The translations under genes were made by a program, and so were the position numbers. The notes beneath the pieces were generated by a model. The model worked only from the letters and a program-made list of their open reading frames with translations, did no database searches and was not told where the DNA came from. From an uncultured Alistipes sp. (GTDB taxonomy: Bacteria; Bacteroidota; Bacteroidia; Bacteroidales; UBA932): DNA of 64,000 bases. The stretch is from NCBI GenBank assembly GCA_900550465.1, contig URSC01000004.1:76507-140506 (forward strand), written 5' to 3'. Below, piece after piece: positions 1-7,916 of the stretch; the first letter of the stretch is position 1; each line of letters opens with the position of its first letter.

Positions 1-485
1 GGCAGACAGTCCGGAAGCTGGCCGATGTCCGCCTGGGCAAATATTCCGCCGGCAGCACCATGAATATCGGCTCGCTCGGGGTGAACTTCCAGTATGAGAG
101 AGCCGTCTGGGCGTTTAAATACGCGAAGCGGGTGGTCTTCTGCGACTTTGACGGAAATATGAGGTCTGTCGATTTCCGTTCGGCGGAGGAGGGAGAAACC
201 GAGGGTGTCGGGATGGACAGCAATGTTACCCACTACTGGAAGCTCTACGCCGGACACCGCTATGTCTGGCTGCTCTACAGCGGCCGCACACCGGTGGATG
301 TGGTCAGGGAGCAGAATAAGGACATCTACTACATCTACGTGGAGCAGTTCGACTGGAACGGCAATCCGGTCCGCCGCTATCGCCTCGACAACTGGGGCTT
401 CATCTCCGTGGACGAGAACAGCGGCACGCTCTATTTTCTCTCTAACGTGAGTAAATATCCCTTCTTCAAATACAGTTTGAGGTAA
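1..485 (+). CDS. C-terminal part of a 6-bladed beta-propeller (BF3164-family-like) lipoprotein, truncated by window start
   Basis: The reading frame stays open back to nt 3. The C-terminus carries an FDWNGNP motif also found near the C-terminus of the 5508-6563 protein (FDWEGNP), so the two are paralogs. Confidence 0.55.
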   Translation, partial: QTVRKLADVRLGKYSAGSTMNIGSLGVNFQYERAVWAFKYAKRVVFCDFDGNMRSVDFRSAEEGETEGVGMDSNVTHYWKLYAGHRYVWLLYSGRTPVDVVREQNKDIYYIYVEQFDWNGNPVRRYRLDNWGFISVDENSGTLYFLSNVSKYPFFKYSLR

Positions 486-1167
486 ATATCACCGGCCAGC
501 CGTACCCGCCTCACTCCTTTCGAAGGAGTTCTGTTTTCTCGCAGTTTTTTTACTCCTTCGGAAGGAGTGGAAAAGTCGGTAGATGGCGGAAACGTCGATA
601 TACGCCTTCTGGCAGGGTGTGGACGGAAAATATGGCATATTACTCTTTTGGCAGGAGTCGACAAAAAGTGCCTGTTCCGGACTCCTTCGGAAGGAGTGGG
701 AAGGAAGGTGCAGTTGCGCGAAGTAACGGTAAGTACTGGAGCAGGGTCGAATCGTATGCGCTCGAGGATCAATTACTTACAGTTAAACGTGTGCTTTTGG
801 CAGGTGCGGGTATGACCGAAAAGTACTCGTTGAGTCTCTATGTATCAGTATTCCAATCCGTTGTAAAAGTAGGTCGCTTCTCTGCTTACCGTTACTCTGT
901 CCATGCTGCTGCCCGCCTTCGGAAGGTGAGACGGGAACGGCCGGAAATTGCCCGCCTTCGGAAGGTGGAAAGAGTTTCCGTCCGAAGTGAACTGGGTTAC
1001 GGCGCTTCTGAGGCGCATGTATGGAAATTCCGCCTTCGGAAGGTGATGCGGAAAGGCCGGAAAAATGCCCACCTTCGGAAGGTGGGAGGAGGACGGCGAG
1101 GTAGAGTAGGGCAGGACAGGGTATAGCAGGACAGGGAGGCCAGGCCAGGGCAGGGCAGTGGAGTGGG
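486..1167. repeat. Repeat-rich non-coding spacer: palindromic ACTCCTTCGGAAGGAGT and GCCCGCCTTCGGAAGGTG hairpin copies, plus copy 1 of a ~173-bp inverted-terminus element
   Basis: Near-perfect palindromes lie at about 512-528, 552-568, 642-658 (degenerate) and 681-697. Four CCTTCGGAAGGTG hairpins lie at 911-927, 951-968, 1030-1046 and 1068-1087, arranged as two ~60-bp dyad units. The ORF-track entries here (567-815, 617-1126, 845-1267) translate the repeats (RLRKV reiterations) and are not credible genes. Confidence 0.7.
723..896. mobile_element. ~173-bp MITE-like or structured-RNA element, copy 1
   Basis: 5' end GTAACGGTAAGTACTG and 3' end GCTTCTCTGCTTACCGTTAC form an 11-bp perfect terminal inverted repeat (GTAACGGTAAG / CTTACCGTTAC). 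A second copy of almost identical length with the same ends lies at 12922-13094. Confidence 0.5.
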
Positions 1168-3666
1168 TCAATAGAGGCGGGTGAGGCAGGATCCGCGGAA
1201 GTAGTGGGCGAGGATGCGGTCGAATGTGCAGCCGCGGGCGCTCATGGCGGCGGCTCCGATCTGGCACAGTCCTACGCCGTGTCCCCAGCCGGCACCGTGG
1301 AGGATGAATCTGGCCGGAGCGTTTATGTCGGGTCGAATGTCCTGGCCGTCAGAAGCAGGCTCGGCGTAGACGGTATCCACGACAAAGGCCGAGCTGTACA
1401 AGTGCGACTCGGACAGCCAGCGGCGTATCTCGAGTTCCTTGCCGACGGTGACGGTCCGCTGTGTGCCCCGGATGAGCAGCTCGATGATGCGTCCGGATGC
1501 CCCTCGACGCAGCGGCCTGAGTTCCAGCACTGAACCGAAGTCAATGCCGGATCGGCGGCGGAGCAGGTCTCTCAGTTCCTCCTGGGAGTATTCGACTCTC
1601 CAGCGGTAGAAATCGGCGGTCTCCTGGTCGTAAGAGTTCAGGACGGTGGATAGCAGGGCCGGGTCGGAGGTGTTGCAGAAGGCCTCGGGCGAGGACAATA
1701 TCCATTCGCGGGCATTCTGCTCGTCGGAGAGGTCCGGGATAGTGCCGACGATGTTTCTATGTGTAGGACCGGCTGCCGGGAAACCGGGCTTGGTGCCTGT
1801 GCTTTCGGCTGCGACAGGGCCGGAGGCGTCAGGCGTACCGTCGTCAGCGGCATTGTCTTCGTCGGTCTGCAGGCATGCATAGTCCCGCACGGGCCGCAGA
1901 TAGGCATAGTCCTCGTCGGCCCAGCAGGCGGAGAACCGCTCGGAGACTCCCCCGCAGCATTTGGAGAAGCGGGTATCGCAGATGGCTCCGTCCGGCCCGT
2001 CGGTCAGCACCAGTCCGCGGGTAGCCTCGATGGCCCGCCGGATATTGGCATTCCCGGCCCGGAGCAGCCCCTGATATCTCTGGCAATGGTCGTCCGCACA
2101 GACATCGAAGAGCGAATGGTCCTCCCGGTCGTACCAGCGGATGATGCGGTCATTCTCAAGGGAACCCAGTGCGGAAATTCCCTGCCCGGAATGTCCGTTT
2201 TCCGGGGATTCCTGGCTGTCGGGATTGCCTCCATTCCCAGCGGCAGAGTGGCACGATCCCTCATAGCCTTGAACATTGTCCCCGCCCCCGAGCGTAGGCC
2301 GTGCCAGCAGCCACGACCGCGAGATGACGGCGTGGGCCTTGAGGAACTCCTCCGGCGCGTCCCCGTTCATCTCCGAGGAGATTACGCTCAGCAGGTAATC
2401 CTCTGTCAGCACGCTGTTTATGGCCACAAGCCCGTCCTCCGATGGCAGAATGGTCAGCCCGCCGGAGAACAGCTGGTCCTCCTCCCGCTCCCAATGGAAA
2501 TTGATCCCTATCCTGACCTTGTGCAGGGTGAATCCCCGGGAATCTCCCCCTTCGGAAGCACTGCCCGCAGGTCTGAATTCCAGCCTCCCATAGCGTTTAC
2601 CATTCCACTCTACCATCCCGTCCGCGAGGGTAAATGCCTGTTCTCCGCAGATGCCCCCTTTCCGGGAGTCCGGACCTGTGAACGGCTGATTGAACCTGAC
2701 CCGCAGCACCGGGGCGGTGAGCAGCCCCACGTCGATGACCGGCTGCCAGGAAGTATCGACGGTCTCCTCGATGATGTCCCTGAGCACCTGTGCATTGACC
2801 CTCCGGAAATCCGCTTCCACCGGGACGATGAACACACCTCCGAGGTCGACCGAGGCGGGACTGATACGCACGGCCCTGTCTTCCGGGGCGAAATAGCAGG
2901 AAGGACGGTGGGCTTTGCGCGGAATGACGATGATGCGGAACGATGCCCCGGGACCGCCGTCAGCGGACGTCTCCTTCCAGCAGAGGATATTGAGCTGCGG
3001 CTCACCGGTAGCCGGACTGACAGGCAGGGAGCGGAGCACCCGGAGGAATGCGGCTGTCGCGGAAGTCCCGTCCGGAGCGGTAATCACCGGCAGTCCGGAA
3101 ATGTATCCCGAAGTTACGGCAATGCTCGCACGGCCCGGCCTCATGACGGTCACAGGCTTCAGCCGGTCAAAATGCGTCTCGACGGGCAGGAACCCCCTGC
3201 AGCCCATCTGGAAATGGAAATGGTCGGGGGCGCTGGCTCCGCTCTCCGGACCGTTGTAGAAGACCACCATGTCGGGGAAGGTCTCCGCAAGGCGCAGCAT
3301 GTCCGGGAAGCGTCCGGCAATCCGCTGGGGCGTGTGCTCCACGGACGGGACGGTATAGTGCTTTGGGAAAATAGGGAAGGGATTGACCAGCACCTCGTAG
3401 CGGCGGCCGTCGCAGCCTTCGAAGGGCAGGGCCTCCTGCTGCTCCGGACGGTTTTCCCGGCACAGGAAGCAGGGCCGGGCCGCGATGGAGGCCGCGTCGG
3501 TGCGGGCCAGTGTGGAGACTGCCCGGGCGGGATTGTACTGCACCCTGACCGGCATACCGCCGATGGTTATTTCCTTGGTCTGTACCTCGCGCAGGTCACG
3601 GTATCTCCGCGCCGCTTCCGGCCATCCGGCCAACTGTCTCTTCAGGAGACTCTGTAGTTCTGTCAT
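1168..3666 (-). CDS. DUF4922-like (HxHxQ, Ap4A-phosphorylase/GalT-like fold) N-terminal domain fused to a SpoIID/LytB-family domain
   Basis: The N-terminal half contains a DHFHFQ motif. The C-terminal half contains KAHAVISRSWLL, typical of SpoIID/LytB amidase-enhancer proteins. The start is taken at MTELQ (about 3666); the ORF's upstream extension overlaps lepB. Confidence 0.6.
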   Translation of the reverse strand: MTELQSLLKRQLAGWPEAARRYRDLREVQTKEITIGGMPVRVQYNPARAVSTLARTDAASIAARPCFLCRENRPEQQEALPFEGCDGRRYEVLVNPFPIFPKHYTVPSVEHTPQRIAGRFPDMLRLAETFPDMVVFYNGPESGASAPDHFHFQMGCRGFLPVETHFDRLKPVTVMRPGRASIAVTSGYISGLPVITAPDGTSATAAFLRVLRSLPVSPATGEPQLNILCWKETSADGGPGASFRIIVIPRKAHRPSCYFAPEDRAVRISPASVDLGGVFIVPVEADFRRVNAQVLRDIIEETVDTSWQPVIDVGLLTAPVLRVRFNQPFTGPDSRKGGICGEQAFTLADGMVEWNGKRYGRLEFRPAGSASEGGDSRGFTLHKVRIGINFHWEREEDQLFSGGLTILPSEDGLVAINSVLTEDYLLSVISSEMNGDAPEEFLKAHAVISRSWLLARPTLGGGDNVQGYEGSCHSAAGNGGNPDSQESPENGHSGQGISALGSLENDRIIRWYDREDHSLFDVCADDHCQRYQGLLRAGNANIRRAIEATRGLVLTDGPDGAICDTRFSKCCGGVSERFSACWADEDYAYLRPVRDYACLQTDEDNAADDGTPDASGPVAAESTGTKPGFPAAGPTHRNIVGTIPDLSDEQNAREWILSSPEAFCNTSDPALLSTVLNSYDQETADFYRWRVEYSQEELRDLLRRRSGIDFGSVLELRPLRRGASGRIIELLIRGTQRTVTVGKELEIRRWLSESHLYSSAFVVDTVYAEPASDGQDIRPDINAPARFILHGAGWGHGVGLCQIGAAAMSARGCTFDRILAHYFRGSCLTRLY

Positions 3667-3718
3667 CTTTCTTGTGCATCCATAAAGTGGCAGCAAGATA
3701 CGGAAAATTCTGTAGAAC

Positions 3719-4504
3719 TCAAATGCCGCTGACAATACCCACTATATAATCTTCCGGAATCAGTCCTATGTACCGGCTGTCCATGGAGTTGAGGACGTTG
3801 TCCCCGGCGAGGAAGCAATAGTTGCTGCGGAAGGTATGGCATGAAACGGAGTCTGCATCGGGCATGTCTCCGGATTCATACTCGATGAGTCTGCCGTACA
3901 GGAAGATATTGTTTTCGGTAAGTCTTATGGTGTCTCCTGCGCCTGGTATGTACAGCGGCCCGTAATCTTTGATAGTCCAGACGGCTCCGTCCGGCAAGAC
4001 GGCAGCTTCGAACTTCAGGGCGGTATCGGCTGTGAGTACTGAGTCAGGTCTGCGGGAAAGCCATCTCTGATACCGTTCAGTTCCGATAACTGTTGTAGGC
4101 AGCGAGGAGTTGTAGTAGTATCCGTTGCGGATGCCCACAGTGTCGCCAGACCTCCCTATGCATCTCTTTGCGTAGACGTAGTTGATCCTGAAGTGAATTT
4201 TGCCGGTAGAGTCAGGGTAGGGGTAGTTGAATATGACGATATCTCCCGGACGGACATTCCTGAGTCCGGGCATCCGAAAAGACTCCATCACCGGGTCCGA
4301 GAAGTCGTATTTGGTATAGATGCGGGCACCCATCAGCAGTTTGTTCACGAAGACGTGCTGTCCGTCATGCAGGGTAGGAAGCATGGAGCCGCCTCTGATA
4401 GTGAAGCGGTCGGTCAGGAATACCGGAATCGTTACAGCCAAGGCAGCTGTTGCCAGTGCCATGAGAAGGATAATCCGTATAATCTTTGTGGTAGGTATTT
4501 TCAT
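3719..4504 (-). CDS. lepB: Signal peptidase I (S26 family)
   Basis: N-terminal TM segment, GGSMLPTL catalytic Ser box and GDNVLNSMDSRY box. Start is taken at MKIPTT. Confidence 0.85.
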   Translation of the reverse strand: MKIPTTKIIRIILLMALATAALAVTIPVFLTDRFTIRGGSMLPTLHDGQHVFVNKLLMGARIYTKYDFSDPVMESFRMPGLRNVRPGDIVIFNYPYPDSTGKIHFRINYVYAKRCIGRSGDTVGIRNGYYYNSSLPTTVIGTERYQRWLSRRPDSVLTADTALKFEAAVLPDGAVWTIKDYGPLYIPGAGDTIRLTENNIFLYGRLIEYESGDMPDADSVSCHTFRSNYCFLAGDNVLNSMDSRYIGLIPEDYIVGIVSGI

Positions 4505-4579
4505 AAATTCTACCTGCAAAGTAAAAGAAAATTTGTCTATTTGAAAACAATGCAATATCTTTGAAAACAAAAAACTACT

Positions 4580-5137
4580 ATGAGACTTCTATCCCGCATA
4601 TTGATATTTATGATAGGTCCTGTGCTGATTTGCACATGTACTTCGCGGGAAACTGTCTTGTTGCGCAGGGAACTGAGGACGTTTATGTCGGATACAGTTG
4701 TGACTCCGGCCGGCATACAGGGAGTCGATACTGCGGGTGTCTTTTTCTATAAAGACAAGTCTGACCAGCCTAAGTTGATATTCTACTATGATTCTGCATC
4801 GTGCAGTGACTGCGAAATAGCACATCTGACCAGCATAGAATGGCTCTACCGCAAGAGTTCAGAGGATGGTACATTTGAAGTATTGACCATATTCTCTCCG
4901 AAGCCTGAAGATTACGAAGTCGTGAGGCGGCTGCTGGATATACACAGGTTCCCGTATCCGGTGTATATAGATTTCGACGGACGTTTCAGGAAAGCCAACA
5001 ATTTCATCCCGGAGGATGTGCGTTTTCACACATTTTTGACAGACAGTGCAGGGAAGATAGTGTATGTGGGCAATCCTTCAATGAGCGAAGACCTTAGGAC
5101 AGCTTTTGAAAAGGTACTTGAAAGTATTGCCAAATGA
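4580..5137 (+). CDS. TlpA/thioredoxin-like lipoprotein (CSDC = CxxC motif)
   Basis: Lipoprotein-like N-terminus (VLICTCTS), a CSDC redox-type motif and thioredoxin-fold-like length. It sits immediately upstream of the Cys-rich NVEALA peptide gene. Confidence 0.55.
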   Translation: MRLLSRILIFMIGPVLICTCTSRETVLLRRELRTFMSDTVVTPAGIQGVDTAGVFFYKDKSDQPKLIFYYDSASCSDCEIAHLTSIEWLYRKSSEDGTFEVLTIFSPKPEDYEVVRRLLDIHRFPYPVYIDFDGRFRKANNFIPEDVRFHTFLTDSAGKIVYVGNPSMSEDLRTAFEKVLESIAK

Positions 5138-5189
5138 ATGTTTTGCGCAAAACAGATAAATCAATTATTAATTTTAAAATCAAGCAGCA

Positions 5190-5477
5190 ATGAAGAAGAC
5201 AATTATTCTCATTCTCGGAGGGGCGGTAGCCCTCACTCTTTCTCTTTTCCTGAGTATCTGTGCGATATCTCAGAGTAACGCTGAATCTGACGGCGGACTT
5301 TTCGAAACCAATGTGGAAGCGTTGGCAGGTGTCGAGCATTGGGGAACATGTGGCACAGTAGACCCGTATTGCGATGCAATTTGTCCAAATTGTGGTAATG
5401 AGGTCTGGGCAAAAGGATATAAAGGACCTGGTAAACTGACCAATTGTACATGCTCTCAATCAGTAATTGAAAAATAA
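5190..5477 (+). CDS. NVEALA-family small secreted cysteine-rich peptide (95 aa; Sec signal peptide, NVEALA motif, six Cys in the mature part)
   Basis: MKKTIILILGGAVALTLSLFL is a signal peptide. An exact ETNVEALAG motif is followed by C-x4-C...C-x3-C-x2-C...C-x-C spacing. Confidence 0.7.
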   Translation: MKKTIILILGGAVALTLSLFLSICAISQSNAESDGGLFETNVEALAGVEHWGTCGTVDPYCDAICPNCGNEVWAKGYKGPGKLTNCTCSQSVIEK

Positions 5478-5507
5478 TATCGGGCCTTAAACTGTATTTT
5501 CACATTT

Positions 5508-6563
5508 ATGATATGGATGAATATTAGTAAGGGAACAATCCTAGTTCCCTTATTTTTCCTATTTTCATGTTCCGGTGAGGTATCTTTGTCCGTGACGTTC
5601 CCGACAGAACGGAAAGCCGGGTGGGAACTTGTCTCAGACGAGTTGTATGTCAATGTTGTATACGATTTGTGGGAGTACAAGTCTTGTCTGCTGGTACCAG
5701 TGGCGGACATGAAGACGGGGCACAATCTGTGGATATACGACAAAAATACCGGCAAGCGGATATGGTCCGGTATCAACGACGGCCGCGGGCCAGGTGAGAC
5801 CATGAGTGGGCTGCAAAACACTTATTTTGCCGATGGCGTGCTGACATATTACGATGACATGAAGGGGAGCATACTCCGTTATCAGATAGATTCGATACTT
5901 GCCGGAAGTTTTCTGTACAGGGAGGAGCGGTATGATCCTCCTACGTGGACAATGAGTGTGGTGGAGTCTGGAGACAACAGGTTGTTTATGAAGAATGTCG
6001 GCTATTCAAGTCCGGACCTGCATGAGGTAAGCAGGTTTGAGCTCCAGGACCGCGCTGGACATACTCTGTGTCAGTACGATTATTCCCCGGTAAGCGACCC
6101 GGAGCTGCGTTTTTATGAGTACATGTATACGCCTTACTCCGCATCACCGGACAAGAGCCGTCTGGCTATAGGAACATTGCATGGGACTGTGCTGGAAACG
6201 TACGGCATCGGGCAGGACAGCATAGCTCCTATAGCGGTCAGAGTATTTGAGGATCCGGACATTGATGTATCCTCCGGCGGCTATGACTACAATGAGCGGA
6301 CAGTCCTGGGATTCTATGACATATATGCTTTCGACGACAGGATTCTGGCAGCGTATGACGGGGAGGTCAATCCCTATTGGAACAGCGGTGACAGGCAGAC
6401 TTACACCAAGATAGCGGTCTTCGACTGGGAGGGCAACCCTCTGGAGCTTATCCACACTGATTATAAGATAGAAAGGCTTTGTTATTCTGAGACTGAGAAT
6501 ACAATTTATGCTGCCGTGATGGACCGCGACGGCATAATGTATTTAGCGAAGATGGAGCTATAG
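5508..6563 (+). CDS. 6-bladed beta-propeller lipoprotein (BF3164-family-like)
   Basis: Lipobox LFSCSG. Paralogous to the window-start fragment through the shared FDW(E/N)GNP C-terminal motif. Confidence 0.6.
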   Translation: MIWMNISKGTILVPLFFLFSCSGEVSLSVTFPTERKAGWELVSDELYVNVVYDLWEYKSCLLVPVADMKTGHNLWIYDKNTGKRIWSGINDGRGPGETMSGLQNTYFADGVLTYYDDMKGSILRYQIDSILAGSFLYREERYDPPTWTMSVVESGDNRLFMKNVGYSSPDLHEVSRFELQDRAGHTLCQYDYSPVSDPELRFYEYMYTPYSASPDKSRLAIGTLHGTVLETYGIGQDSIAPIAVRVFEDPDIDVSSGGYDYNERTVLGFYDIYAFDDRILAAYDGEVNPYWNSGDRQTYTKIAVFDWEGNPLELIHTDYKIERLCYSETENTIYAAVMDRDGIMYLAKMEL

Positions 6564-7829
6564 GTCCCGGCTCTGTAGCAGCCATTTCCAGACGGGAAGT
6601 ATTTCTATGGCCCTGCCGTCGGGGAGGGGGATGGAGCCTTCTTCGTCGCGGGTGACGATTACCATCCTCGAAAGGCCCTCGGTCTTGTCCAGCCGGACAA
6701 GACCGAGGGCCTCCCTCTCCTTTGTGTCGGGGTCGCTGAGCGTGACGCAGGCCTGTACGGCGTATCCGGCTTCCGGTATGTAGAAATCGACTTCGGTATT
6801 CTTGTGGTAGAAGTACAGTTTGTCTCCGTAGGTCCTGCTCAGGTGGACGGCGCAGAGGTTCTCGAACAGGGGGGCGGCAGTGTTGCTGAGGAAAATGCTC
6901 AGGAGGCCGTTGTCAATGAAGTAATGCTTCTTGACAGTCTCCCTTTCCGTAGATTTGGTAGCGTAGTTCTCAATGGGCAGGAGGATGTATGCGTCTTTGG
7001 CGGCTTCGACATACTGGATGACCGATGCCGGGGTAGTGTTGATTCCGGTGCTTTTTATCAGGTTGGCTATCCGGTTGTAGGCTATGGGTTTTCCGATGCT
7101 CTCGGCGAGTCTTTTGAACACCATCCGCAGGGCGGTCTCATTGCGGATCCTGCCTCTGACGACTATGTCGTTCAACAGGATTTTCTCATACAGGTCGTTC
7201 AGCCACCTTCTCTTGTTCTTGAAAAGCATGAGCTCAGGGAATCCTCCCCACAGGAGATACTGGGAGAGCATTTCCATGACCTTGAATCTCTCCGAACTGT
7301 ATTCCCATCCCTGGCTAAGCACAATGCCCTGTGACTCAAGATACTCTGAAAAGGAGTAGGGATATACCGTCCCTTCCGTGTATCTGCCACCGAGGGTCGT
7401 GTGTATGTCCCGGCTGAGCATTTTAGCGTTGCTTCCTGTGATGTATACCTGAAACTTCCGGTTGGCAAGTCTCCGGGCGAAATGCTCCCAGCCCTCTATG
7501 TTCTGTATCTCGTCTAACATCAGTATCGGCTTTTGCCCGCCGGTGCTTCTGTATGCCTGGAGTATCGTGTCGAAGTCGCCGGCATCCATTCCTATGAGAC
7601 GCTCGTCGTCGAAATCGATGTAGATGAATTCTTCCGGGAGACGGCCTTCGGACATCAGCTGCCTTGCCCGTTTGAACAGCATGTAGGACTTGCCAGCCTG
7701 CCGCACGCCTGTAAGGACGTATCGGCCGCTGCCCTCAAATTCGAACTGCCTGTCATACAGGTCAATGTCTCTGAGAAGTTCCTGTCCCTCGCTTATCAGT
7801 ATCCGGAATGTATCGATTGTTATTGCCAT
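6558..7829 (-). CDS. AAA+ ATPase with DUF4143 (AAA_14-type ATP-binding protein)
   Basis: Walker A GVRQAGKS, and a length and architecture typical of the orphan ATP-binding DUF4143 proteins of Bacteroidales. Confidence 0.7.
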   Translation of the reverse strand: MAITIDTFRILISEGQELLRDIDLYDRQFEFEGSGRYVLTGVRQAGKSYMLFKRARQLMSEGRLPEEFIYIDFDDERLIGMDAGDFDTILQAYRSTGGQKPILMLDEIQNIEGWEHFARRLANRKFQVYITGSNAKMLSRDIHTTLGGRYTEGTVYPYSFSEYLESQGIVLSQGWEYSSERFKVMEMLSQYLLWGGFPELMLFKNKRRWLNDLYEKILLNDIVVRGRIRNETALRMVFKRLAESIGKPIAYNRIANLIKSTGINTTPASVIQYVEAAKDAYILLPIENYATKSTERETVKKHYFIDNGLLSIFLSNTAAPLFENLCAVHLSRTYGDKLYFYHKNTEVDFYIPEAGYAVQACVTLSDPDTKEREALGLVRLDKTEGLSRMVIVTRDEEGSIPLPDGRAIEILPVWKWLLQSRDL

Positions 7830-7916
7830 GTGCGGATATTTTGCTACCGCAAATATAGCAAATTTATATTGCTGATATATAAAAATGGTTAAATTTTTAT
7901 ATTACCAATATAAAAA

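Noticed and set aside
905-1090. Possible CRISPR array, because of regularly recurring about 18-bp repeats
   Set aside because: The repeats are themselves palindromic, spacing is irregular (38/80/38 bp), only four copies are present, and there are no cas genes nearby. This looks more like REP-like hairpins.
1759-3657. 632-aa ORF on the plus strand, antisense to the DUF4922/SpoIID gene
   Set aside because: Gly/Arg/Pro-rich low-complexity translation, typical of an open antisense frame in GC-rich DNA. The minus-strand frame carries the recognisable domains.
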